Assembly (NCBI RefSeq): GCF_009914755.1 | Contig: NC_060939.1 | DNA length: 64,000 bases | Reading direction: 5' to 3' (one strand) | Source: the human T2T-CHM13v2.0 reference genome, Homo sapiens | Shown: piece after piece, positions 43,951 to 55,066 of the stretch | How the letters are laid out: each line of letters starts with the position of its first letter | How positions within the stretch are numbered: the first letter of the stretch is position 1 | Made by a program: the position numbers and the translations under genes | Notes under the pieces: model-generated | The model's database searches: none | Seen by the model: the letters and a program-made list of their open reading frames with translations, nothing else | What the model was told of the DNA's origin: nothing

Positions 43951-44919
43951 ATGAGTGTCATAGAAGCCAATAACATTTCTGGGCCTGTGAGTGAATTTAT
44001 CCTCCTGGGCTTCCCCTGCCTGCTGCAGGGAGACCAAGATCCTCCTCTTTGTGGTCTTCTCCCTCATCTACCTTCTGACCCTCATGGGTAACACATCCAT
44101 CATCTGCGCTGTGTGGTCAAGCCAGAAACTCCACACACCTATGTACATCCTCTTGGCTAATTTCTCTTTCCTGGAGATCTGCTGCATTAGTTCTGATGTC
44201 CCAAAATGTTGGCCAATCTCATCTCCCATATCAAGAGCATCTCCTATGCTGGCTGCCTGCTCCAGTTCTTCTACTTCTCCATGTGTGCTGCAGAAGGCTA
44301 CTTTCTGTCTGTGATGTCCTTTGATCGGTTCCTTACCATCTGTCGACCTTTGCATTATCCCACAGTCATGACTCACCACCTGTGTGTCCGATTAGTGGCC
44401 TTCTGCAGGGCAGGTGGTTTTCTATCCATACTGATGCCTGCAGTGCTTATGTCCCGAGTGCCTTTCTGTGGCCCTAACATCACTGACCATTTTTTCTGTA
44501 ACCTGGGACCATTGCTGGCACTGTCCTGTGCCCCAGTTCCCAAAACTACTCTGACTTGTGCTACAGTAAGCTCTCTCATCATCTTCATCACCTTCCTCTA
44601 CATTCTTGGGTCCCATATCTTAGTTTTGCGAGCTGTTCTGTGGGTCCCAGCTGGCTCAGGCAGGAACAAAGCTTTCTCTACATGTGCTTCCCATTTCTTG
44701 GTTGTTTCTTTCTTCTATGGCTCAGTCATGGTGATGTATGTGAGTCCAGGCTCCAGGAGCCGCCCTGGGACACAGAAATTTGTGACATTGTTTTACTGCA
44801 CAGCAAACCCATTCTTTAATCCCCTGACCTACAGTCTCTGGAACAAAGATATGACAGATGCCCTTAAAAAAGTGCTGGGAGTGCCATCAAAAGAAATATC
44901 TTGGAACACACTGAAATGA
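43951..44919 (+). pseudogene. Olfactory receptor family 11 (OR11J-like) pseudogene
   Basis: MSVIEANNISGPVSEFILLGFPC...LHTPMYILLANFSFLEI...MSFDRFLTICRPLHY...KAFSTCASH...PFFNPLTYSLWNKDM. +4 nt at ~44015-44022 and -1 nt at ~44201-44205; the ATG frame stops at 44089-44091. Splice acceptor ttccttcatag at 43931-43941. Possibly OR11J5P or a paralogue (unverified). Confidence 0.93.
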
Positions 44920-45716
44920 TATACATTCTTCTACAATTATTCCATAAGAAATGCAAAATTTCTCTCATTTTAAAAAAAACTATTTTCTGGTGATGTCTGA
45001 GCACTTGGCTTCTTACTCATAAAAGCGTGACTCATTACACACAAAGAGCCCTGATCCTATCTCAAAGCAAAAAGTATACAAAGTCCTAAGTTTCATCGTA
45101 GGTAAGATCTGTACAATTTTTATTCATCTATGTATCATTTTTCCATTTTGGAGATTTTTTAAGTCCTAAAACTATATGTAATTCAGTTGGTATGTACAAA
45201 GCTAAGACCCATGTTTCTAATTTGTATTTTGGCTTTATCCTAATGCAACTTTATGTATCTTAAATGTGTTTTAAATTTATCAACTGTTTTTTCCTTGCCA
45301 ACTATAGGTTTTTCTATAATGAAAAACAGCATCTACTCACTGTACTCACAAAAATTAAATTGCTTTATCTATAATATCAAAGAACGAGAATCCGTCACTG
45401 AAACAAGAATGTTTTTTAATTTGTATTTTCCTTATTACTAAGTCTTGGTAAGGTGTTCATGGTGCGCAGCAAATAAAAACTAGAAATGGTATAGATTCTT
45501 AAGGGAAATTCCTGTTCCAGCTCTGAAGAGAATGCATAGAAGGGCATGCATACATTCAAATATGCCAAATAATTAAATATTTCTTACTCAAACCTGGGCT
45601 TCTATACTTTCTGAGCTTATAGTGAAGAAACATCTACCGTTACAGAAAATAAACATAGGATACCAGGGAATCAACTCTATCAACCAAAATATAAGCTACC
45701 TTAAAGCAGTCACCAC

Positions 45717-46140
45717 CTGGATTAAGAAAATGTGGTGCATATACACCATGGAATACTATGCAGCCATAAAAAATGTTTGAGTTCATGTCATCATGTAGGG
45801 ACATGGATGAAGCTGTAAACCATCATTCTCAGCAAACTATCTCAAGGACAAAAAAACAAACACCGCATGTTCTCACTCGTAGGTGGGAATTGAACAATGA
45901 GAACACTTGGACACAGGAAGGGGAACATCACACACCGGGGCCTGTTGTGGGGTGGGGAGAGGAGGGAGGGATAGCTTTAGGAGATATACCTAATGTAAAT
46001 GACGAGTTAATGGGTGCAGCACACCAACATGGCACATGCATACATATGTAACAAACCTGCACATTGTGCACATGTACCCTAGAACTTAAAGTATAATAAA
46101 AAATACATATAAATAAAAAATAAATAAATAAAAAATTTAA
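45717..46140 (+). mobile_element. L1PA 3'-end fragment with A-rich tail
   Basis: ctggattaagaaaatgtgg...gtaccctagaacttaaagtataataaaaaa. Confidence 0.92.
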
Positions 46141-46364
46141 AAAAGTCACCACTTAACATAAACTTCTTTACTTAACCTGATCACCTGCCAACACTCTGAA
46201 ATTTTCATATTTTTAACTAAGGCACAAAAATTAGGGGGATAGGAAAGAGAGGTGTTTGTGATGTTGTCTCCAATATGTTGAAGAGAAAGTTAATGATTTG
46301 ACTAAAAATATCCAGTCTACATTAGACTTCATATTCAAGTTTTTTCTGTGAACATATACCTCTT

Positions 46365-47195
46365 TTATTATTTGTTAAATTTTATTTCTAATGAACACAT
46401 GATAATTATATATTTATGGGATACAATGTGATGTTTTGATAATCATTTACATTGTGAAATGATTAAATCAAGCTAATTAATAAATTCATCATCTCCTATA
46501 CTTATTTTTTGTGGTTAAAACATTTGAAATCCACTCTTTTAGTAGTTTCTAAATATGTGGTGCATTATTATTTATTATAGTCACCATTCTATGAAACAGA
46601 TCACTAAATCTTATTCCTTCCATCAAACTGAATTGTTGTATCCTTTGATCAACATCTCTCCTCCCCTCAGCTGCCTCTTCCCTCCAGCCTTAGTTAACCA
46701 CCATTCTACTCTCTACTTTTAAGAGTTCAACTGAATGAAGTATCACCTCATATCTGTTAGAATGGCTATCACCAAAAAGATGAAAGATAAGTATTGCTGA
46801 GGGTGCAGAGAAAAGTAAACATTTGTGCACTGTTGGTGGAAATGTAAATTAATATAACCGTGGAAAACAGTATAGAAGTTCCACAAAACACTTAAAATAG
46901 AATTACCATATGATTAAGCAATTTCCCTTCTGGGCATATATCCAAAGAAATTGAAATCAATATGTCAAAGAGATATCTGTACTTCCAAATTCATTGCAGC
47001 ATTATTCACAATAACCAAGACACGGAAGCAACCTAGGTATTTGTCATCAGATGAGTAGATACACAAAATGTGATATATACACACAGTGGAATACTATTTG
47101 GCCCTTAAAAAATAGAGAAATTCTTCCATTAGTGACGATGTGGATGAACCTGTAGAACATTATGCTAAGTGAAAAAAATCCAGACACACACAGAC
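46365..47195. mobile_element. Old L1MA with inverted halves (antisense 3'UTR to ~46731, then sense ORF2 end)
   Basis: Antisense atttatgggatacaatgtgatgttttga... followed by sense tatcacctcatatctgttagaatggctatc. Confidence 0.7.
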
Positions 47196-47688
47196 ATCTT
47201 AAAACCCTCTTCCAAGTTATTTTGACTTTTGGAATATTTTCTTCAATAAAATATGTTAAGGGATAAAGCTTCATAGACCACTGTGGAGCTAAGGGAGAAT
47301 TCAGAGCAACCTGCAATGCCAAAGCGTTAGTTCTTCTTGCCCTCTGCAGATTGTAGAGACTATACCCACCTGAGATAACTCTATTAGAGTATAATTCTGC
47401 CAGTGTTCTCACTTACATCCAATAAAAGCTGACTCTAGCTGATTATGTAAATGAAAAAGGATTTATTGATGGAGTAGCAGGAATCTCACAGAACCAATGA
47501 AAGCTGAAGAGCCAGAGTTGAGGCTCAAATTCAAAGATACATATGCAAACCACCATGCAGAACTGATGATGAAAAATCATGACTGCAGTCATGGCTGTGC
47601 TATAGGCCACCAAGATGCTACATGAGCACCACTGTCATTCTGTTCTAGGAACTTGTCTTTTCTGCAACAAGTGTGCTACCTTCTTGTC

Positions 47689-47995
47689 TTTTTTTTTTTT
47701 TTTTTTTTTTTTAATTGAGACGGAGTCTTGCTCCGTCTCAGGCTGGAGTGCAGCAGTGCGATCTCGCCTCACTGCAAGCTCCGCCTCCCAGTTCACACCT
47801 TTCTCCTGCCTCAGCCTCCTGAGTAGCTGGGACTACGGGTGCCAGCCACCACGCCCGGCTAATTTTTTTGTATTTTTACTAGAGACGGGGTTTCGCCGTG
47901 TTAGCCAGGATGGTCTTGGTCTCTTGACTTCGTGATCCGCCCACCTTGGCCTCCCAAAGTGCTGGGATTACAGGCGCAAGCCACTGCGCCCAGCC
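47689..47995 (-). mobile_element. AluY-like
   Basis: ctgcaagctccgcctccc, gttagccaggatggtct, long poly-T. Confidence 0.93.
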
Positions 47996-48238
47996 TGTTC
48001 ATTGTCATTTCTTATGCCAATATTTCAACATTGTTGCTCTTCCTACTTCTGCTTCTTGATTCAAAGCCTGGTATAGCTGTATCTGGTAAAGGCAAGAGTA
48101 CATTCCTACAACTTTAAGTGCAAGGGAAGCTAGGAGAGCTAATATCTGGCAATATAAACAACAATTACATAAATAGAAGCTCCAAGCCTGATAATATTGG
48201 GATTACCTCAAACATAAAAAGGGATGGAGATACTGGAC

Positions 48239-48243
<5 letters not shown>

Positions 48244-48277
<34 letters not shown>

Positions 48278-48293
48278 AGCGAGAGAGAGAGAG
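48244..48293. repeat. (CA)n(GA)n microsatellite
   Basis: Read directly. Confidence 0.95.
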
Positions 48294-49530
48294 AAATAAC
48301 TCAAACAACCCATTCATTTTGACTATTCCATATCTCTGAGCTATGTTTCCTCTAGAGATTACACAGGGTGGAAATCAAATTATCCACCTATGCAACAGCA
48401 GTGAAAGGGGAGCAGGATGAGTAAGGGGTAAAACACTGTCTCGGGTAGTTGAGGACTTGTCTATCTCATGATGAATGCTGTTAGAAGATACTGTGCTGCT
48501 TATAAGTTACTACTGCATTATCTGGAGTTCTGAGAGAAAAAGTTAAACTAAAGGTAAATAAATTATCATCTGGAAAATCTCTGTAAGCTGCAGTGAGATT
48601 TAGTGTTGTGCACTTGCCTTTCATCCTTCTTAGAACTAGTGAAGAATGGATATAGAGGATTCTTCACTTACTCTTTCTCTTTAAGCCAAAAATTCTTAGA
48701 CTTGGGGGAGGGGGCCAACGAACCATAATTAACTGAATAACTAAAATCCTCACTTGTATCTAAGCTCTCATTGTGCTTTAAAAAGATGTTCATATATAAA
48801 ATTGAAATATTTTAAAGTATGTTTTTAGTCTAAATGTGTACATAAAAACATAAAAGTTTTACTAACTGGGGCTTGCTTAGCTACACTGAAATGAATTGTA
48901 TTCCATTTTGTCTACTTTTTAATTATACAAATAAATCATATATTTTATAGTGAATAGTCGTTGTAAAGAAAAAAACTATAAAATAGTGAAAATTTTCACA
49001 TCTCCACACCTCTACACACACACATGCCTCCTCAGCAACGTGTTTAGTTTGGTGGATGTATTTCTAAGTCCTCTTTCTGTACATATAGAAGCAAAATCTC
49101 TGGGTTTTGAGTGGGTATATAAATTGGATTATACCTAAGTATTGTTCTACAACTGATTGACCCTCCCAACCACTCTGTACTCTCACCTAAACAGCAATGT
49201 CTGAAAGGGAAATTTTAGCCAGCTCTGCAGGTACTTCTGTCAGTTTGGGACAAATCAGGACAAACAGACTGAAGATACAATTCTTCAGGAAAGACTTTCC
49301 CAGGAGATGGAGCATGGATGTGTAAGGTCACTAGTTCCAACATGTAGCACACTCAGTGGGTTCTTTCCCCTGCCAAAATCAGGATTTCAATTAGGAAAAT
49401 ACGTGAAATAAGAGCATGCTTGTTCTCTCCAGGCAAAGAAACTTCATTCTGAAAAATAAAGTCAATTTAGTATTTGTTTAACCTCAATATTATTTGAGGT
49501 CTGTATTTAGTCCTTAGACCTCTCTTTAAC

Positions 49531-49756
49531 CTGTACTGTCCAATACAATAGCCACGACCCACATGTGGTTACTGAGCACCTGCAAAGTGACTAGTCCTAA
49601 TTAAGATGTGCTCCAAGTATAAAATCAAATACCAGTTTTGAACACTTGGTGGGATGAAAGAATGTAAACATCTCATTAATAGTGTTTATACTAATTCCAT
49701 GTTGAAATACTATTTTGGGTGAGTTGGGTTAAATAAAAATATTATTAAAAATTTCA
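49531..49756 (+). mobile_element. MER33 (hAT-Charlie), truncated
   Basis: ctgtactgtccaatac...cacatgtggttactgagcacc...aagaatgtaaacatctcattaat...ttgggttaaataaaaatattattaaaaatttcac. Confidence 0.75.
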
Positions 49757-49880
49757 CGGCTGCTCTTCAGCAAGGTGGAGTGGGCGCGCCACATGCCCTT
49801 CTTCCCCAAGCTGCCGGTGGCCGACCAGGTGGCTTCGCTCTGAACGCGGGTTAGGTGGCATTGTCCCTGCGCACTGCTGC
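49757..49880 (+). pseudogene. NR2F6 (EAR-2/COUP-TF family) ligand-binding-domain gene fragment
   Basis: [26 protein letters not shown], then after an internal deletion/frameshift FALNAG*VALSLRTA; compare NR2F6 [50 protein letters not shown] (recalled). A CpG-rich ~125-bp patch in AT-rich DNA. Confidence 0.85.
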
Positions 49881-52111
49881 TATTTTTCAATGGTGCATCT
49901 TCAGGCACATTTTTAAACCAAACTTCTTGCCTTTCTTAATAGCCACCATTTGGATTTGGATCTCTAAGTGTACTTGTTAGAGCATTTCCACACTCATTTT
50001 GATGATTGCCTTGCTTTCCTGCTCACCGTAAACTTGAAATAGGAAGGACAGAACTCCCTCACTTCCTATAGGTCTCCTCAAAATTTAGCTTAAATGAAAC
50101 CTTCCCAGACTATTCTATTTAAAAGAGCATCCCCACTCTCACTAGTATCTATTCCCATCATCTGCTTTGCCCTTCTTCAAAGAATGTATCACCACAGGAA
50201 ATATTGTATCCTACATATTTATTTCTCTATTTCTTGATCCCTGTCTTCCCATACTGTAATATAAACTGCATGGGAATAGGTATCACTGCTATAGCTTCAG
50301 TGCTCAGATAATGCCTAATACATAATAGGAGCTCAATAAATGTTTGTCGAATAACCTTGTTAACTCAATAATTGAGCTATTACTATTGCAGAAGCCATTC
50401 AGGAGCAGTAAAAAGATCATATTTCCTGCCCTAAAGAAACTTATATTCTAACTGGTAGGAAAGTAAAAAATAGCACAAACAATGCTGTAATAGATACCCA
50501 AAAGGCAGACCAATTTTGAGTAAATATTTGGCAAAACTCAAAAGACAATGAACTTAGAAAATAACATTATGATATACTGTAGTGGGCAAGGAAAGTTTCG
50601 TATGAGGCATCTAAACATGGGCAAGGTATGAATAGAACAATTTTAAGCTCAGGTTGTAAAACTAAGATTATACTCTGTGAATTAGAGAGAGTGAGTCAAA
50701 TGGGAGTGATGAGACATATATTAAGGTAAAAATAAAGTTTAAGAAGAAATTCAGAACCTAAAAACATTTACAAGCTAAAGAATTTGGGATTTTTTCCTGT
50801 GTTTAGGTAGAGAGAAAATAAGTGATGGAGGTTCAAGAACATAATTCTGGAATTTGACATGGGAAATAACAGAGACAGACCATTTATGAAGTGATTATGC
50901 CATCACAGATATGGAGTGCTAGGAACCTGCACAGAAAAGACGAGCGTAAAGATGACAAATGATCCCAGGGAAGATGCCTAATCTGTTTAATGACAGATTA
51001 GAAGTGGGAATGAGATGGTAAGGAATTCTACTGTCAAGATTTCAAGTTCATGCTATAAATCAACAGATCCATGAGAAAATAAGGATGGCTAGAGCTAATT
51101 TAAAAGGAGATTAACAAATTTAGGATTAGACATTTGAATTTGAAATAGATCGTCATGTAAAAATATCCAGCAGAATGCTGCAAATATTTAACTACACTTT
51201 GGTAGTAAAGTCAGTGCTGGAGTTACCCCAGAATCAAGATTTAGCACAAGATTTCCTCATGGAGTGCAGTACTGCAAATTAATAAATTGCTACTCAAAAA
51301 AATAAATTAGAGGGTAGAACTTACCCGAGGAACACTTTTCCAGAGTTTAATGAAGAACTACACACACACAAAAGTGCTTAGTAGGCCTAGATTGTCAGCG
51401 ATCTCACAGATTCTATGGCTCTTTGGTTTGCACTGGGCATCACCTGACCTTCTTGTGTCTACATATGCCAAAGTGTTAGCATTGGCAAAATGTGAGGTGT
51501 CAATCAAGTCAACATAATATTATTGAAGGCCCTTGTTAGCCCCAGAAGTTATACTTCAAATTATAAAGAATAAAAAGGCAGAGCTTAAAATTGTCCCTGA
51601 ATTGTTGAGAGTTTTGGGGGTGTGTATGTGTGTGTGTGTTTTAATCTGGTAATTTGAAGGATCAGTGGAAAACTATTTGTATAGTTGCAATACATTCAAC
51701 CATTGCTATGCTCTCAAAAAAAATGAAACAACTTGCTTCAATGAAGGCAGAATCTGAGGATGTTGAAACATACCAAACAGTATGTACTGAAAACCAAAAG
51801 AGTAAGCAGAAGCTCAGTTTTAGAGAAATAGATGAAAATATTAAGTAGAATTGCAAAAATAAAAAAATCTATTTAAGGTACAAACATATCTGGACCATAA
51901 TAGTAATAACTTCCTAAGACTGAAACCATGGGTCCAATTAATTCTTTCAAATTATCTTCCCAATATATAAAAGTAGAATAAAATGGAAAAAAGCATGATC
52001 TCATTGGTCTCATCATCTTTCATCCTTCTAAACATTAATGATGAATTATATTAAATTTGCCTCTTGGATCCTTTAGAAATTTCCTACTATAACACATACA
52101 TAAATTTTTTT

Positions 52112-52580
52112 TGCTATCCCTCCCCCCCCAAACCCACAACAGGCCCGAGTGTGTGAAGTCCCCCTTCCTGTGTCCAAGTGTTCTCATTATTCAATTCCCA
52201 CCTATGAGTGAGAACATGCGATGTTTGGTTTTTGTCCTTGCGATAGTTTGCTGAGAATGATGGTTTCCAGCTTCATCCATGTCCCTACAAAGGATATGAA
52301 CTCATCATTTTTTATGGCTGCATACTATTCCATGGTGTATATGTGCCACATTTTCTTAATCCAGTCTATCGTTGTTGGACATTTGGGTTGGTTCCAAGTC
52401 TTTGCTATTGTGAATAGTGCTGCGATAAACATATGTGTGCATGTGTCTTTATAGCAGCATGATTTATAGTCCTTTGGGTATATACCCAGTAATGGGATGG
52501 CTGGGTCAAATGGTATTTCTAGTTCTAGATCCCTGAGGAATCGCCACACTGGTTCAATCGACAGTGTGGCGATTCCTCAG
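52112..52580 (-). mobile_element. L1PA fragment inserted in the OR C-terminal coding tail, with a short 5' inversion
   Basis: Antisense L1 3' region 52112-52551; inverted copy of L1 sequence 52562-52580. TSD-like AGAAATTTC at 52075-52083 and 52579-52587. Confidence 0.88.
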
Positions 52581-53502
52581 AAATTTCTTTAGTGCCTCTT
52601 TCATATCCTTGTTCCGGAAACTGTAGATCAGAGGATTAAAGAATGGAGTTGACAAAGTATAGAACAAGGTCGCAAATTTCTTTATCCCATGATAGTCCCC
52701 AGAACCTGGGCTAACATACATCACCATAAGAGAACCATAGAAGAGAGACACTACAGCAAGGTGACAGCCACAAGTTGAGAAAGCCTTATGCCTTCCTAAG
52801 CCTGAAGGCACCTGTAGCACTGTGCTTAGAACACAGAAATAAGTCCCAAGGATATACAAGAAGGTAAGAAAGATGATGAGAGCACTAATGATACCACAAG
52901 TCAGAGTAATTCCAGGTATTGGAGCACAAGACAGTGCCAGCAAAGGTGCCAGATCACAGAAAAAATGGTCGATAGTGTTTGGACCACAAAAGAGCACCTG
53001 AGATATTAGTGTCAAAGGGGTCAATAACCAGAGACAGCCACCCACCCAGCAGAAGATCACAAAAATGAGCACAAACGTGATGGGTCATTAAGGTGGGATA
53101 GTGCAAAGGTCTACAAATGGCAGGAAACCTATCAAAAGACATCACTGACAGAAATAAGCACTCTGCAGCACACATGGAGAAGAAGTAGAACCGGAGCAGG
53201 CAGCCAGCACAGGAGATGCTCTGTGTCTGGGAGATGAGATTGGCTGCCATTATGGGCACGTCAGAACTGACACAGCAGATCTCCAGGAAGGAGAAATTGG
53301 CCAGTAGGATGTACATAGGTGTGTGGAGTTTCTGGCTTGACCACACAGCACAGATGATGGATGTGTTACCTAGGAGGGTCAGAAGGTAGATGAGAGAGAA
53401 GACCACAAAAAGGAGGATCTGGATCTCCCAGCGGCAGGGGAAGCCCAAGAGGATGAACTCATTCACAAATCCAGTGATATTAGTAGTCTCCAAGGTCCTC
53501 AC
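52554..53502 (-). pseudogene. Olfactory receptor family 11 (OR11J-like) pseudogene
   Basis: (GTG)RTLETTNITGFVNEFILLGFPC...LHTPMYILLANFSFLEI...MSFDRFPAICRPLHY...KAFSTCGCHL...PFFNPLIYSFRNKDMKEALKK. Start codon is GTG; one +1 frameshift in the A5 run at 53061-53065. Acceptor cctctacag lies just upstream (53512-53520). Possibly OR11J2P or a paralogue (unverified). Confidence 0.93.
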
Positions 53503-54312
53503 TGGTTTGGCCTGTAGAGGTGACAGAGATAGTAAGAACCACAGAAATTCTGCCCTGTCTCCCTTCTATCTCTTCTGGTGAATAGATATATGTTTATTTT
53601 CTTCAATTTGGATTTGGGATACTGCTCTCTTCCCCTTGGAAGGATGAGCTGTTCTTTCCTTTTCACCTCCGTCCTAGTTTATTCAATAAATAGTCATTTT
53701 GCAAATTATTGCTCTAGAAGATAAAGAACAATGAATAAAATAAAAAAGAGTCCCTGATCTTATAGAGCTTATGTCAAATACCTTTTGTTCAAAGCAACCT
53801 CAAGCAGTACGTTGATGGCTCCAAAAGTTCTACATAGAGCAGGCCTTGGAGCATACATGTACTGGAAGGGATCTGAGGAGATTTACCTTGGAACATCATT
53901 TGGATAGCGAAGATACTGTTTTTACTTAAATTGTATGCTTCTGATAACTTCAGGAGAAGCTGACACAAATTATGGGGTTGATGTGAGCATCCCTCCACCT
54001 ATATCAAAATGCTGCCATTGACACAGTAGCAGTAGAATGTGACAAAAACAAAACTTTCTGTGGTTGTCTGAGACACACATAATATTCATTTGGAAATAAT
54101 AACAAAAGGCTTTTGAGAAGAAAATGAACGTTGACAAAATATAGAATTTTCCATAACGATGGCGGGAAAATATTATTTGCATATAATAAAAATGTAGAAA
54201 GATTTGGATACAAAAAATTATACCCAGAGAAGAGTATAAAATAGTACAAGTGTACTTGCAAAAAGTTGTGAGACATAAGGTATAAATATACGGTAATCAC
54301 ATGGCAGAGGAC

Positions 54313-55066
54313 TTGCTGCCAGCCAGTCTAACTAGTTCAAGCTTAATTTGCTAGTCAAGGAAAAACAAGATGTATTAAGTAGAAGAATGAAATAATTGAA
54401 GCTTTATGAAAACAGCATTTTTCAAGACCATTTGGTGCAGGTTAATAAAATTAGCAGAAAAATTTGGAAATTATTTCAATAGCCCAAGGAAAAAGTGTAA
54501 AAAGCTTGACCTGGGGCAATTACATACAAACAAATACCAGGGAAGGGACAGAGGTAATTAAATTCTGCCCAAGAGGCAGAGGACGAGAACAAGGAAAAAA
54601 AAAAAAAAAAAAAAAAAAGCAAGGTTTCACTTTCCATTTGCCACAGATAGTCCTCTGCATGGGGTATCTCACAGGCGAGATCCACTTTCAGCACAGTAAT
54701 TGTGCATTGAGGACCTTTCTGTACCAAAAGATTAGCCTACTGAAGGGTCATGTTGGATATCTCTTAGATTCCCCAGTCCTTTTTTCTTTTGACTCTTTTG
54801 AATCAGAATGTTAAATTTCATGAAATAAATTAGCTACCACCTACAAAGTTTTCTCTCCAAATCACACACAATGAGTGAATATGTGCTACGCTGTATCTGT
54901 GTGAAAGAGAATAAACAAGAGAGCTAGTCCAAATTATTGCCCAAACCTGCACCAAATGGTCTTGCAAAATGCTGTTTCCATAAAGCTTTGAACATTTCAT
55001 TCTTCTAGTACATCTTGTTTTTCATTGACTAGCAAATTAAGCCTGAACTAGTTAGACAGGCAGCAA
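54313..55066. repeat. Long inverted repeat, arms ~54313-54443 and ~54944-55066, spacer ~500 bp
   Basis: Left arm gtctaactagttcaagcttaatttgctagtcaaggaaaaacaagatgta...caagaccatttggtgcaggtt; the right arm is its reverse complement with few mismatches. Confidence 0.9.

Noticed and set aside
44206-44919. 237-aa ORF as a functional olfactory receptor
   Set aside because: Lacks TM1-TM2 because of upstream frameshifts; part of the pseudogene.
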